From contig OZ024742.1 of assembly GCA_964016885.1 (NCBI GenBank), forward strand, positions 136,648,001 through 136,712,000: 64,000 nucleotides of DNA. The letters are read 5' to 3'. Numbering within the stretch: position 1 is the stretch's first letter; every line of letters begins with the position of its first letter. Made by a program: the position numbers and the translations under genes. The DNA is from Eledone cirrhosa. Its lineage: Eukaryota. Of the stretch, positions 27,034 to 40,892 are shown piece after piece. A model generated the notes under the pieces. That model had not been told where the DNA came from. It was given only the letters and a program-made list of their open reading frames with translations, and did not search any database.

Positions 27034-29895
27034 ATGTTTATCTCTTTCTCTTAATTTCGAGTATATTTTTTTGACCGGCCACCTTCCTGGTGGCAAGGTT
27101 GTAAAAGAAAAGAAATTGTCATCCCTTGAATCGCAAGAATGTTTTGTAAATTTTGAAGGTGCCAGCTATCGCATCCATTTGTAGACTATAATGAATTAGG
27201 GAGCTGCGCTTTTTGTCCGCAAATCCAAGTTCAGTCATACTTTGGTCCAAGCGGGTTGGTATATAACCCGTAGCTCCAATAATGATGGGTATGAAGCTAA
27301 AGGTATCTTGGATACTGGATTTGTAAACTCATCATCAATGGTCCGTAGATGCCCTCCTCCTGTCTTTTTCTGACAACGTTTACATCAAGTGGGCAGCTGA
27401 TCTCCACAACAGAACACGTTTTCAATGTGTAGTCCAAACAACTATATCAGGCCAGTTGTGCTTTAATTTGGTGGCAGTTTTTATTTTCAGGTTCCACCAG
27501 TATTCCTTAGTGCCATCTGTCTCAATATATTCTTCCTCGTTAGTTGTTAATTTTGTTTTCCAAATTGCATTCCAGGTGGTTCTAGCTATCCCATCGTGTC
27601 TCATGGGGAGGTAGTAGCGAGATGACATTCTTTCGCAGCTGGCAACAATGTGGCTTACATCCTCGATCTTTGTTTTACATAGCCTACATTTATTGTCAGC
27701 TGCTGGCCCTCCTCTTTTGTGCAGCAGATATTTGGTAGGGAGTTCTTGTTCCTGTATTGCATAGAGATATCCCTCAAGGTGTGATGTCATAAACTTGTCG
27801 GAACTCCATGCCAAGCTTTTTGAGTGGTTTATCCCCTCTATGGTCTGTGTTTTACGTCTCAAGTATCCATGCACAACTTTTTCTGTAAATTGGTCAATTT
27901 TTTTTTCTTGTTTGAAGATTGAATAGGATCTTCCGATTTCTCTGGGTGAGAGATTTATATCAGGCTTTATTCCATATCTCTCCTCCAGATCAGTTGCTAT
28001 TCTAATGATATTTTTTTTTCCTGCTCATAAACCTGGGCAAGATGGTTGCCAACCTTTTTCCTCTGTTGAAGGTGTTGCTTCAGTGTTACTATCCGGGTCT
28101 CATATGTTGTTAATATTGATTTTAGACCCCGGCCACCTTCCTTGCGTGAAAAGTATAGCCTATCCACATCACCATTGATGTTAATGTTCCTAGTAACACT
28201 GAGAAGTTTGCGAGTTCTAACATCTATCTCACTTAGTTCTTGCAATGACCAGTTCAGCAGGCCGAATGTTGGCGTTAGGATTGGCACAGCATAAGTATTG
28301 TGGGCAATGTATTTGTTGTATGCTGACAGTTCTGATGACCATATTTTCTTTACTCTTCTGAGGTATTCAGTTCTGGTTCTCTCCTTATTTATGGGTCCAT
28401 CATATCTGACATTCTCATCCTGTAGTTGTCACCTGACTGTAGAGGTTGTATTGTCAGGCCGTTCATCTCTAGATTTCTAGAGGAGGGCACAGCTCTTCCA
28501 CGTTTTACTGCCAAATATGCACACTTGGACTCACTAAATTTCATTTTGATGTCAGTTGAAAATTGTGTAATGAGATCCAATTGTTTCTTGATGTCATTGA
28601 TATTTGGCCCATACAACTTCAGGTCATCAACAAAGAAAAGATGGGAGATACTTCTGGACCCACTTCTTTGTCCACCTTGTTTCTTGAGTAGGTAAGATAG
28701 TGGATTCAGTGAGAGAACGAAGAGTAGCACTGACAAGCTATCACCCTGAAAGATGCCCTTCTGGTAATGTATCTTATCAGTCTTAACTTGCTCCTTCTCA
28801 CCTCTAAGGATCAAATTGGTGTACCAGTTCTTGGTCAGGCCTTCAACAGCAGCTACCAATGGTTGTGGGACTTTGGCTAACTGTAAAGCCTTAATAATCC
28901 ACCCATGAGGTACACTATCAAATGCTTTTTGATAGTCCAGCCACACCACAGTCATGTTTCTGTGATTCTTTGTTGTTTTTTCCTGAATCATTTTGTTAGT
29001 TAGTAGGTGATCTATGCAACCCCACAACTCCCTCTTTCCACCAGCTTGCTCAGGTGTTATGATGTTGTTGGTAGCACAGTGATCCTGTAAGAACAGGTTA
29101 AGGCACCCAGTATATAATTTATACATGATGTTTTGGGAGGCTATTGGGCGGTAATTTTTAGCAAGGGTGGTTTGGTTATTTTTGGCAATGAGGAGAGTAG
29201 TGGCAGTTGATAACCATCTGGGCAGTTCTTGTGTGCCTTTAATGGTTTCTGTAAACAGCTGAATGAGATCTTGCTGATAGAAAGTGAAATTCTTCAACCA
29301 GTATCCTGTAATGAGGTCTGGGCCTGGCGATTTCCTATTCGACATTTTCTGTAGAGCTGTTTCCAGTATTGACCCATCTATGTCATATTGTTTTGTCTGG
29401 ACATGTTGGCAGTAGTCCTGTTCCAGTTCTTTAGACAATTAGTTTGTCTGTTGAATCCATCATCCGTTTCCCATACAGATCTCCAGTAGCTCTCAACCTG
29501 TTCTTTTGAAGGGGTGTCATTTATAGGGATTGAGCTTTTGCCACCGAAGCTGTGATAAACTGATTTAGGATCTCTGGCAAACAATCTATTTAGCACTTGT
29601 CGTTTATGTGCTGTTGAGTTATATTTTAGTATTTCTGTTGTAGCTGTGAGTTGTTGTTTCAACTGGTATAATTTGGAGTTCAAAGTTTTAAATTTTGTAT
29701 CTCCAAATCGTCTCTCTAACTTTTTTTTTAGGTCTTCATGGTGTCATGTGAAGTTTCTCTCTATGTTGCATTTCATAACGACTGCGATGTGTGAGATACT
29801 TCCTCTCAGGGACAAAATTTTGGTTTTTAAATTTCGCATCCACGCTGGTTCAGGCTTTCTGTTTGTATCTTGATTGCGTGGTTTTAGATGTGTGT
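27034..29895 (-). mobile_element. R4/Dong-like non-LTR retrotransposon (RT, CCHC, restriction-like endonuclease), frameshifted and 5'-truncated
   Basis: RT: KSPGPD, NYRPI, WLDYQKAFDSVPH, GIFQGDSLS, HLFFVDDLKLY (28389-29438); GGRGL; CRLC..EDVSHIVASC; RHDG; PDIVV; FIPIIIGATG; 3' UTR 27034-27190. Confidence 0.88.
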
Positions 29896-29935
29896 TTAGA
29901 TGTATATATGTATGTATGTATGTATGTATATATAT

Positions 29936-30041
<106 letters not shown>

Positions 30042-30085
30042 GTATATATATATATGTATGTATGTATTTATATATGTATATATAT

Positions 30086-30444
30086 GGAGGCACATGGAGG
30101 CACATGGCTTAGTGGTTAGAGCATTGGCCTTGCAATCGAAAGATTGTGAGTTCAATTCTCAGACCGGGTGATGTGTTGTTTCCTTGAGCAAGACACTTTA
30201 TTTCACATTGCTCCAGTTTACTCAGCTGTAGAAATGAGATGATAGGGACTGGGGTCCCTATCATTCCACTGCAAAGTGGTCGTGGAGGTGCCACGGCAAA
30301 AAAGCACCCAGCACTCACTGTAAATGAGGTTGGTGTTAGGAAGGGCATCCAGCTGTAGAAATCAAGCCAGCATCAGTTCCCGTCCCACCCTTGCAAGCAG
30401 GGAAAAAGCAGACGTAAAATGAAATGATGATGATGATGATGATG

Positions 30445-30445
<1 letters not shown>
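30086..30445 (+). mobile_element. tRNA-SINE S1, full length
   Basis: A box TGGCTTAGTGG, B box GAGTTCAATTC, body and RTE-like tail with (TGA)n. Confidence 0.92.
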
Positions 30446-30508
<63 letters not shown>

Positions 30509-30622
30509 GTATATATATATATGTATGTATGTATTTATATATGTATATATATATATATGTATGTATATATATATGTATATATATATATATATGTATACAT
30601 ACATATATATATATATATATAT

Positions 30623-30834
30623 AACAAAGGAAATGTGGTAAGGAACCAGATGGACCATAACGCACCAAAGTATTCAATACTTAGGGTAGTAGAGTCGGAA
30701 ATAGGAACAAGTATGACCTCGATGGCAGAGCTCAAGCCGTTTCGACGGCTAATTCTGGACTAAAATAGTTTCAGTCCAGAATTAAACATCGAGACGGCTT
30801 GAGCTCTGCCGTCGGTGGTCATACTTGTTCCTAT
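30623..30834. repeat. Palindromic family P copy (opposite orientation to 6944)
   Basis: Tail first, then hairpin ATAGGAACAAGTATGACC...GGTCATACTTGTTCCTAT (30701-30834). Confidence 0.85.
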
Positions 30835-30883
30835 ATATATATATATGTGTGCGTATGTCCATATATACATATATATATATAAA

Positions 30884-31215
30884 TGGAGGCACATGGCTTA
30901 GTGGTTCGATCATCGGCCTTAAAATCGAAAGGTTGTGAGTTCAATTCTCAGACCGGGTCATGTGTTGTTTCCTTGAGCAAGACACTTTATTTCACATTGC
31001 TCCAGTTTACTCAGCTGTAGAAATGAGATGATAGGGACTGGGGTCCATATAATTCCAGTGCAAAGTGGTCGTGGAGGTGCCACGGCAAAAAGCACCCAAC
31101 ACTCACTGTTAATGAGGTTGGTGTTAGGAAGGGCATCCAGCTGTAGAAATCAAGCCAGAATCAGTTCCCGTCACACCCTTGCAAGCAGGAAAAAGCAGAC
31201 GGAAAATGAAATGAA
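30884..31215 (+). mobile_element. tRNA-SINE S1, full length
   Basis: Same sequence as the 30086 copy with substitutions. Confidence 0.9.
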
Positions 31216-31248
31216 ATATATATATATGTACATATATATATATATATA

Positions 31249-31294
<46 letters not shown>

Positions 31295-31408
31295 TATATA
31301 TATATATATATGTACATATATATATATTTCATTTCATTTTCCGTCTGCTTTTTCCTGCTTGCAAGGGTGTGACGGGAACTGATTCTGGCTTGATTTCTAT
31401 ATATATAT

Positions 31409-31441
<33 letters not shown>

Positions 31442-31547
31442 GATGATGATGATATATGTACATATATATACATATATATATTTACATATATATATGTACA
31501 TATATATATATATGTACATATATATATATATATATATATGTACATAC

Positions 31548-31618
<71 letters not shown>

Positions 31619-31779
31619 TATATATACACATATATATATATATATATATATATATGATGATATATGTACATATATATACATATATATATATATGTACATA
31701 TATATACATATATATATTTACATATATATATGTACATATATATATATATACATATATATATTTACATATATATATGTAC

Positions 31780-31848
<69 letters not shown>

Positions 31849-31869
31849 TATATATATATATATATGTAC

Positions 31870-31911
<42 letters not shown>

Positions 31912-32278
31912 ATGATATATGTACATATATATACATATATATATATATGTACATATATATACATATATATATTTACATATATATATGTACATATATATAT
32001 ATATGTACATATATATATATGTACATATATATATATATATATATATATGTACATATATATATATATATATGTGTACATATATATATATATATGTACATAT
32101 ATATATATGTACATATATATATATACATGTACATATATATATATATATGTACATATATATATATGTACATATATATATATATATATATATATGTACATAT
32201 ATATATATATATGTACATATATATATATACATGTACATATATATATATATATATATATGTACATATATATATATGTAC

Positions 32279-32309
<31 letters not shown>

Positions 32310-32491
32310 CATATGTATATATATATACATATGTATATATATATACACATATGTATATATATACATATACATATATATATATCTGTATATATTAATATAT
32401 ATCTGTATATATCAATATATATATATATGTATATATATCTTCATATGTATTGTTATAAATTATGAGTATTATGCTACAAATAAAAACATAT

Positions 32492-32860
32492 ACACCTGTT
32501 GGTTTTCTCTTCAATTCATAATAAATTTCCAGTTGGTTGGTTCCATAACTGGATGGTTGTTTATATATTATCGAAGTTCTTTCATCACACATTCCATAAC
32601 CTCCTCACTGACTGATTTTTTCTTTTGTGTTATTCCTGTGGTCTGTCCTACATTATGTTGTCTTGTGTGCCAAATCCCCACAACACACAAAAACAAGATA
32701 TGTAGGACTGAACAAAGGAGAGACAAAAATAAAAAATCAATCACTGAGGAGGTCACAGAATGTGTGACGAAAGATGTTTGACAATATGTAAACACGCATC
32801 CAGTTATAGAACCAACCAGCTGGAAATTTGTAATGAATTTGAAGTGAAAAGAAACAGGTG
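32492..32860. repeat. Diverged inverted repeat of family H3 with degenerate hammerheads
   Basis: CACCTGTT...CCAGTTGGTTGGTTCCATAACTGGATG vs CATCCAGTTATAGAACCAACCAGCTGG...AACAGGTG; TCA-CTGAGGA-gGTCACAgaatgTGTGAC-GAAA-GATG-TT|TGA at 32741-32781. Confidence 0.75.
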
Positions 32861-33175
32861 TACGCCCTCCTAAAGTACACGTTTTCAGATAAGAAATCTT
32901 GCAAAACATATTCAAAATCGATGTATACATACATATATATGTATATATATATATATGTGTGTGTTTGTATTCGTATAAGCATATATATATATATATATAT
33001 ACAATGTATATATATATTCACGTATATATATATTCATATATATATATGTATACATACATACATACATATATATATACATGTATATATATGTATACATATA
33101 TATATATATATACATGTGTATATATATATATACATGTGTATATATATATATGTATACATATATATATATGTATAC

Positions 33176-33390
<215 letters not shown>

Positions 33391-33398
33391 TGTATATA

Positions 33399-34255
33399 CA
33401 ATACATTAACAGAGAAAGCTTTAAGCTATACTCTGACTGGCTTCCATCTCACTCAACAAACATTAGGATATACCTTAGTATAATCCCAATTTTACGTTTG
33501 GGGTGCTAACTATATGTATTTTGCGGAAGGCCAGTTGTATTATTTTATACGAGACATAACTAAAATATATCTCCCTTTCCAAACAATTGTTTCATTATAA
33601 GTTTTCTACAAGTTGGGAGAATGTGTCCGGGTTATGTAGAAGCCTTCACATATTGCATAGGAATATATGCAGGTGGGCACTTATAAATCATCAGTGGATG
33701 CCCGTCAAACATCGATATAAAAAAACTCTCTTATCGATGTCTAATCCCATGTCAGCGATGGTCTCTCTCCGTATCAGAATGACTGCCAAATTTGAAATTC
33801 CAGCAGTCTCAGAATGAAGAATCTCACACTGTCATCAAGCGGAAAGGGGAGGTCATCGCGAAACACAAGGTAGTAAAATAATACACACACAGGTCAATTA
33901 ATTTTTTCAACAATTTTAACCTTGCGTGTGAAGAACTCAATTAGATTTAAAGAAAATAAATATGTGCATGTATTATTTATACACGCATATAGGTATTTTC
34001 TTAGGCTAAAAACAGAGATATGATACCAGAAGAACAATCAATATTTCATAGTAATAATAAATACGGAAAGTTACGCTTAAAAGGTATCTGGAAATATTCA
34101 TCTCAGGCCAAATCAAGAGTATAATATTCAATACATTAACAGAGAAAGCTTTAAGCTATACTCTGACTGGCTTCCATCTCACTCAACAAACATTAGGATA
34201 TACCTTAGTATAATCCCAATTTTAAATTTGGGGTGCTAACTATATGTATTTTACG
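33399..34255 (-). mobile_element. Non-coding element with 127-bp direct terminal repeats (period 730 bp) and a hammerhead (family H4)
   Basis: 33399-33525 is nearly identical to 34129-34255; flanked by (TA)n; no credible ORF. Confidence 0.75.
33578..33698 (-). ncRNA. Type I hammerhead with an extended, branched stem II
   Basis: TCCA-CTGATGA-tTTATAAG...(~80 nt with TGCAT/ATGCA and TTCTACA/TGTAGAA hairpins)...CTTATAAt-GAAA-CAATTG-TT|TGGA. Confidence 0.7.
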
Positions 34256-34333
34256 TATATATATATGTATACATATATGTATATACATATATATATACAC
34301 ATATATATATACATGTATATATACATATATATG

Positions 34334-34364
<31 letters not shown>

Positions 34365-34775
34365 ATATACATGTATATATATATGTGTATGTATATATAC
34401 ATGTATATATGTGTATATATATATGTATATATACATGTATATATATATGTGTATATATATATGTATATACATATATGTATACATATATATATACATACAT
34501 GTATATATATGTTCATATATATATATATATGCACATATATATATATATATTAACGATAATATATATTCATATATATTAACGATGATATATATTCATATAT
34601 ATATGTGTATATATATTCATATATATATATATGTATACATACATATCAACATCATCGTTTAACGTCTATCTTCCACGCTAGCATAGGTTTAGAATATAAA
34701 CATATATATATTCATATATATATATATTCATATTTATATATATTACATATATATATATACATGTATACATACATA

Positions 34776-35374
34776 TCTGACCTCACACGCTTACACCTCT
34801 CCAAGTCAATGTCACTGGACCGAGACCTTTGGCGGTACTCAGTAATAGAGAAGACCCGCCTTACCTAAATACAAAGTAAAAACCTACTAGAGTCAGTAGG
34901 CATCTCTATCAAACCCCCCCCCCGTCCCACCACCTCCACTCCATCCACACCGCCCCTTTCAATGTAAAGTTATGTTGGTCCCACAACATCCAGGCCGAAA
35001 CAAATGAGATCGTGTAGGTGTCACGACAAAAAAACACACAGTCCACGCTGTAAATGTGGCCGTGTAGGCAACACGGTAAAAACCTCCCAGCCCCACACTG
35101 TAAATGTGGTTGGTGTTAGGAAGGGCATCCAACTGTAGAAAACCCGCCAGACAGTCCACGCTGTAATGTGGCCGTGTAGGCAACACGGTAAAAACCTTTC
35201 AGCCCCACACTGTAAATGTGGTTGGTGTTAGGAAGGGCATCCAACTGTAGAAAACCCGCCAGACAGTCCTATGCGAGCAAGACAACCACTCTTGCCTCAA
35301 GTGGGAAAACCCCCGTCCAAACCCATGCAAGCGTGGAACACGGACGCTAAACCTGATGATGATGATGATGATGA
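34776..35374 (+). mobile_element. RTE LINE 3' end with an internal ~114-bp duplication in the UTR
   Basis: [30 protein letters not shown]; ACAGTCCACGCTGTAA...GAAAACCCGCCAG repeated; homologous to 16084-16750. Confidence 0.85.
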
Positions 35375-35905
35375 TATATATATATATATATATATATATG
35401 TGTATAAATGTATATATGTGCATTTTGTGTGTGTGTGTGTCTGTGAGGTTGGGCTGGTGGCGGTGTAGACTTCTGTTGCGCATATATGAACATTTTGCAG
35501 TTGTGCTTGTTTTTTATTGAGAAATTTGTTTTTATGTCATTGTGAATAGAACATAAATTTTATCAATTCAAACTTATGATTTGAATTGAAGACATCAGCT
35601 TGGAATTCAAGCAACAATTTAAGAATATTTTTTAAAATTATTTTTCTTTACCTGAGAATTTTATTTAATGCAGTAAAACAGTATAGATTTTTTTAGAAAA
35701 TGTATGTTTATCAATAATTTAAGCATCTCCAGTATCCATGGATTATAAAGATTAGTGGAGGAATGTAATCTAAGATTTATCTGTGTTGTGGGTTGCTAAT
35801 GTTAAAATACAAACATGGAAAATGTATAAATCTTCTTAAAATTATGTTGGTGTTTACTATGATCTTTTAAAGAATTTAAATGAAATTTATGTACTTGTTT
35901 GTATT

Positions 35906-35943
<38 letters not shown>

Positions 35944-35997
35944 ATGTTATATTTATATAGGTATATATGCATACACACACACACATATATATATATG

Positions 35998-36232
35998 GCA
36001 CTTTATTTCACATTGCTCCAGTTTACTCAGCTGTAGAAATGAGATGATAGGGACTGGGATCCATATCATTCCACTGCAAAGTGGTCGTGGTGGGGCCACG
36101 GCAAAAAAGCACCGAGCACTCACTGTAAATGAGGTTGGTGTTAGGAAGGGCATCCAGCTGTAGAAATCAAGCCAGAATCAGTTCCCGTCCCACCCTTGCA
36201 AGCAGGGAAAAGTGGACGTAAAATGATGATGA
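35998..36232 (+). mobile_element. tRNA-SINE S1, 5'-truncated
   Basis: S1 body and tail. Confidence 0.85.
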
Positions 36233-36249
36233 TATATATATATATAGGG

Positions 36250-36572
36250 TAAAAACGCCTTCGGCCATGAATCACCATGGGATTTGCACCTAGGAAGTTC
36301 CCCTCCTAAGCACAAGTCTGGGCTAGCTTGTTTCGGAAAGACCAGCAGTAGCCCATGTATGCCAGTTTCCGCTCTCCATACCACTGATTTTGTCCAAGGG
36401 TAAGACAAAGGCCGATACAGCTTTGCACCAGTGACATCACAACTCATTTATACAAATGGAGTAACGTGAAATATAGTGTCTTCCTCAAGAACACAAATCA
36501 AACCAAGTCCAAGAATCGAACTCACAACCTCATGAATTTAATCCCAACACTCAAACCACTAAACCATGCCTC
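36250..36572 (-). mobile_element. tRNA-SINE with an S1-like head and a different 3' half
   Basis: Minus strand GGCATGGTTTAGTGG...GAGTTCGATTC...TTCTTGAGGAAGACACT, then an unrelated tail. Confidence 0.7.
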
Positions 36573-36576
36573 TTCT

Positions 36577-36622
<46 letters not shown>

Positions 36623-37212
36623 CACACACACACACATATAAATGTATATGTACATATATCATCATGATAATTTAAATTCATCTTTTCCTGCTAGTAGGGG
36701 GTTGATGCATTCTCACAGCCCAGGTCTATATTTATTCATTATCACTGATCTCTCAGATGACCAGGACCTCATCTGTTTACATATGCTCCTCCACTCTGCA
36801 GGGTGCAGCATACATTTTATCAGGGTACCAGCTCAAGCGATTGAGTGCATCATGTCCTTGATACAGCTGAAGAATCCAGTTTAACCCTTATTTTGCATGT
36901 TTTCTATGAATTGGTGCCCCTTTTCTCATTAACCCCTTCAGATATATCGAGTGTGTTTTATCATATCACCAACACTAAAGAGGCTGTTGTATCTTCAACA
37001 CAACTGAAGAGTCAGCTCTATTTAATAGGGGTTAGATTGGCAGGGTTGCATGTGTATACAGATATATATGAATGTATGTATAGTATATTTGGCAATATAC
37101 CGTATATTTGATTAAAAACATTTTGTTTTTAATTAAACATACATTATATTGCCAAATATACTATACATACATTCATGTATACATCAATATTTCAGAGTAC
37201 CAATCCTAATAT

Positions 37213-37250
<38 letters not shown>

Positions 37251-37454
37251 ATATTAAATATATATATATATATATATATGAATAAAGTTAGTCCTTCATC
37301 AGTGATCTTCCAACCTTCATTGGTATTTCATCACTTTAAAGACCATATACCTCCGGTTGGTGCGAGCAACGGCTAAAGAAAGTCGTTGGGACACGTAAAT
37401 AAGGGGAACAAGCGAGACTGTAAACAATCAAAGATGGTAATGCAACGAAAAGTG

Positions 37455-37730
37455 AGGAAGAAGGAGTCAAGTCCCAGAATTCTATGAATATAAGTTCTGT
37501 GAGTGAAATCGTGGACGAGAGAGAATAAAGACCATCAAACCTAGTTGAAATGTGAGCAAAGAAAGAATTTTGCACTGGTCAAACGGGAGGAAGAAGGAGT
37601 CTAGTCCCTGAATTCGGTGAACATAGGTTCTGTGAAATCGTAGGCAAGAGAGAAAATAAATGAACAACCAACCTGGTCAAGTGTGTGAGGAAAGAATTTT
37701 GCACAGGTCAAACGGGAGGAAGTAGGAGAG
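37455..37730. repeat. Purine-rich ~130-bp tandem duplication (about 2.1 copies)
   Basis: GGAAGAAGGAGTC..GTCCC..GAATTC...GAAAGAATTTTGCAC.GGTCAAACGGGA repeated. Confidence 0.7.
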
Positions 37731-37976
37731 GGAGTAGCAGAGAGTGAATGAGTGAAGGGTGAGGAAGAAGCTAACAGAGAGAGTGACTGTTAGAGAGGGT
37801 AAAGGGAGGTGAAAGATACAGAGAAAGAGGAAGCAGTAAGAATATATATATATATATATATTTAATTACGTAATAAACAACACAATATAATTATTCCATT
37901 ACCCAATGTTCCATAAAGTTAGCCGATTCTAACAGAAACGTCTGATATCGTTCATCAGAAGGAATCTTTATTTGGA

Positions 37977-38014
<38 letters not shown>

Positions 38015-38676
38015 AGAGTGTTAAATTATGGCTGAATCATTAGAGCATGAGTTTAAATGATTCAGGATATTTGCTCCTTAGCTACAGTTCTTTCCTTCTA
38101 TGTGGGTATTTTACCAGATTTTCTTAAATTGTTGTTACATTTACTTTCTTCATTTAGGTTACAACATTATAAATATATATATTATAGTGTTCCCAAAAAC
38201 ATTTATTTACTCCTTAAAGAAAATCGTAAGTGACTTACATTCATAGTTCATGTATTTATTCAAAATACTATCCTTCTCTTTATCATCATCATCACATCAT
38301 TATTGCTTGTAGTGTTTTTAGTATTAGCATTATCATTTCTGCTAAGGTGATGAAATATTGGAAAGAGTAATTCTAGACTAAATGTTCAACTCAATTAATT
38401 TGCATGCCTGAATTCTATGTTCCGTTTGGAATTGATTTTGCTTTTCAAATATTCTGCTAAATGTATGCTCTTGTGACAAAGTTAGAAACAATAACAATTA
38501 TTATTTATATTCTAATTAATTACTATTACTATTATTATTATTCTTTAATCTTTTTCATCTTTGATGTGGCACCTTAACAGTATCATACATACCATATATT
38601 TCTCTATTTATCCTTTACTCTCTACCCCTCTCACTGCCTGTGTTTATATATCTATACTTATAGTTTAAACTGGTAA

Positions 38677-38730
<54 letters not shown>

Positions 38731-39809
38731 GTGTTTTTGTGTATTGTCTTGAGTGTATGACAAATATTTAACATGTCTAACCTTTCATGTTTATGTTAAT
38801 TTGTACAGCAAAGATTTATTTTCCAGTTGGGATATCTTTTTTTCTGTATTCCCCCTCTGTAATTGATTGCTTGTATGCCTCTATGGTTTTTTTGAGAAAT
38901 GAATGAATACTCAAAGGAAGAAAGGGATCACCAGAGGAATAAAAAGAAATGCAATGAAGAAAAGAAAAGAAAAGAAATAAGAAAAATATAATGCATATAT
39001 TTCTATGTTTATTTTTTTAACTTTGTTCTGGCCAGAACCTTCTTGTTTCATTTTTCTAGCCATTTTTCTAAGAAACATTGTATGACATTAGTTCTTCAAT
39101 ACGATTATATCTATCAATATATATCTCTTATATCCTGAGAGGCAATTCCTTATAATTTTGTTGCCTTTTTTTTGCTACAAATTTATATCCTCTGAAGAGA
39201 AAGTTTTTTTTCTTAAAAATCTTTTTTTTATATATATGTATATGCTCTGAAAAATTGTGATAGTACTGTGATTGGAAATTTTCCAGTTGGATTAAAATCT
39301 GAACTATTTTAAACTTATCTTGTTAAATAAATGTTATTTGCCTTTATATGTTTGTATTATAAACTCATTTAAACTTGTTTATATATATATATATATATAT
39401 ATATATGATATTGTATGGTGCTTGACCTTGTCTTGTAACAATTTTTTATTGGTAAGTTTAACATCTTTCTCCCCCCCCCTCTCTCTCAGTAAAATTGCAC
39501 ATCATTATACTAAATAAGATGATGCATTATTCATCACAAAATACATTAAATGCATGTACACACAGACTTCATGCCATCTCCCCTATTGCACTGACCAATA
39601 ACAGTGTTTATAACTTTTAAATACATTTAGAGAAGTGTGTGATCATAATTTCAATAATGAATTACAGGGTCTTATAATATAGATGTGATATCATAAAAAT
39701 CTTATGTCAACTTCAATGTGTTTATTGATTTCTCTATATATTTTGTAATGTGAATATACAATATTGCTATTCAGATTTGAATATATATACACACTTAGAA
39801 GGCATGAGA

Positions 39810-40320
39810 CATGCCCACTGGGTCAACAGTGCAACACTCCAGCAGTGAAATATCAAGCAAAAGTGACTTCCACCAACGAGAACAACCAAACTGAAGCCTG
39901 GACTTGTGTCTGAGAGTTGGTTCAAAAGCTAGTACCTGCAAAATTAATAACACACCCTTTTCCGTTAAATGCAGTATATTAGAAAAATCTACCCTCTATG
40001 TTAATGAGACAAAATTTTGCTGGCTATGTAACTCAGAAAAGTGGAATATACTCTTACAATGGACTTCAGAAAAACACTGCTTAAATACTCGCCTTGACTG
40101 CTTTAGTCGCTCTCCACACGAAGCAAAATTCATTCTTAGAAAATGGTATACACCAGATTAACTGATTTTGATTTCAAGATTTCTTTGAATTACTAACTTG
40201 AAAAACTCTCGCATATTTTCTAAAAACCTCAAATCAACTTGAGAGAGTAGCCATTTTTATTTTATACAATAGGCTGAATGAGTTGGGGGTATAACTCAAT
40301 AAAACTTACCTCTATATGGG
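39810..40320 (+). mobile_element. Penelope-like element remnant (GIY-YIG endonuclease region, internally deleted)
   Basis: CPLGQQCNTPAVKYQAKVT and SILEKSTLYVNETKFCWLCNSEK..LNTRLDCFSRSPH resemble PLE endonuclease-region motifs; decayed CTGA.TGA-stem-AAAAC motif downstream near 40274-40305. Confidence 0.7.
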
Positions 40321-40423
40321 GTCCAATGAAAATACATAACAATAATTGACAGTAGTAGATTCCTTTAAAATGCCTTGCAGGACATTGTTATTCATGTTAG
40401 TCTCCACTATGCAGCTAAACAAT

Positions 40424-40892
40424 TTAACCTTTTCATTACCATATTTCTTACGAAAAACACTGTATACAGTTTTCAAATCATTTAAAAAATAATTAAATAT
40501 TTGGAGGAATTTAATAGTTTAACAAGTTTTCTTATTATTTAGATGGTGTTTTAAGTAAAAACTTTTTTTTAATCCTGTAATATTTTGCAGAAAATACCTA
40601 TAAAAACATTTAATTAAAATATAGTTGTTTTTTTTTTTTTACTAATAGACAGATCTTTTTGATGATGATCATTATTAGAGTATACTCTTTCATTTTTATT
40701 GTGATACATTCGTAATACTTCTTTATATATTTCAATAATGTCTTTCATGTGGTGCAGCATGTTAAGATTTAACAAAGGTTTTTTGCTTAAAGTTATGATG
40801 GAAGGTTTTTAGATAAGTATAAGCAATTAAAAAAACAGTTTTGTATCACAGAACCAGGGGCAGTTTCAAGTGATTTGGTATCAAAAGTGTTA
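40424..40892. mobile_element. Possible piggyBac-type MITE (degenerate TIRs, TTAA)
   Basis: TTAA-CCTTTTCATTACC ... GGTATCAAAAGTG-TTA. Confidence 0.35.

Noticed and set aside
30096-30165. tRNA-like sequence
   Set aside because: SINE head with A/B boxes continuing into the SINE body; no complete cloverleaf.
37930-37962. CTGATGA (minus) near GAAACGTC
   Set aside because: The two motifs are on opposite strands, so no hammerhead can form.
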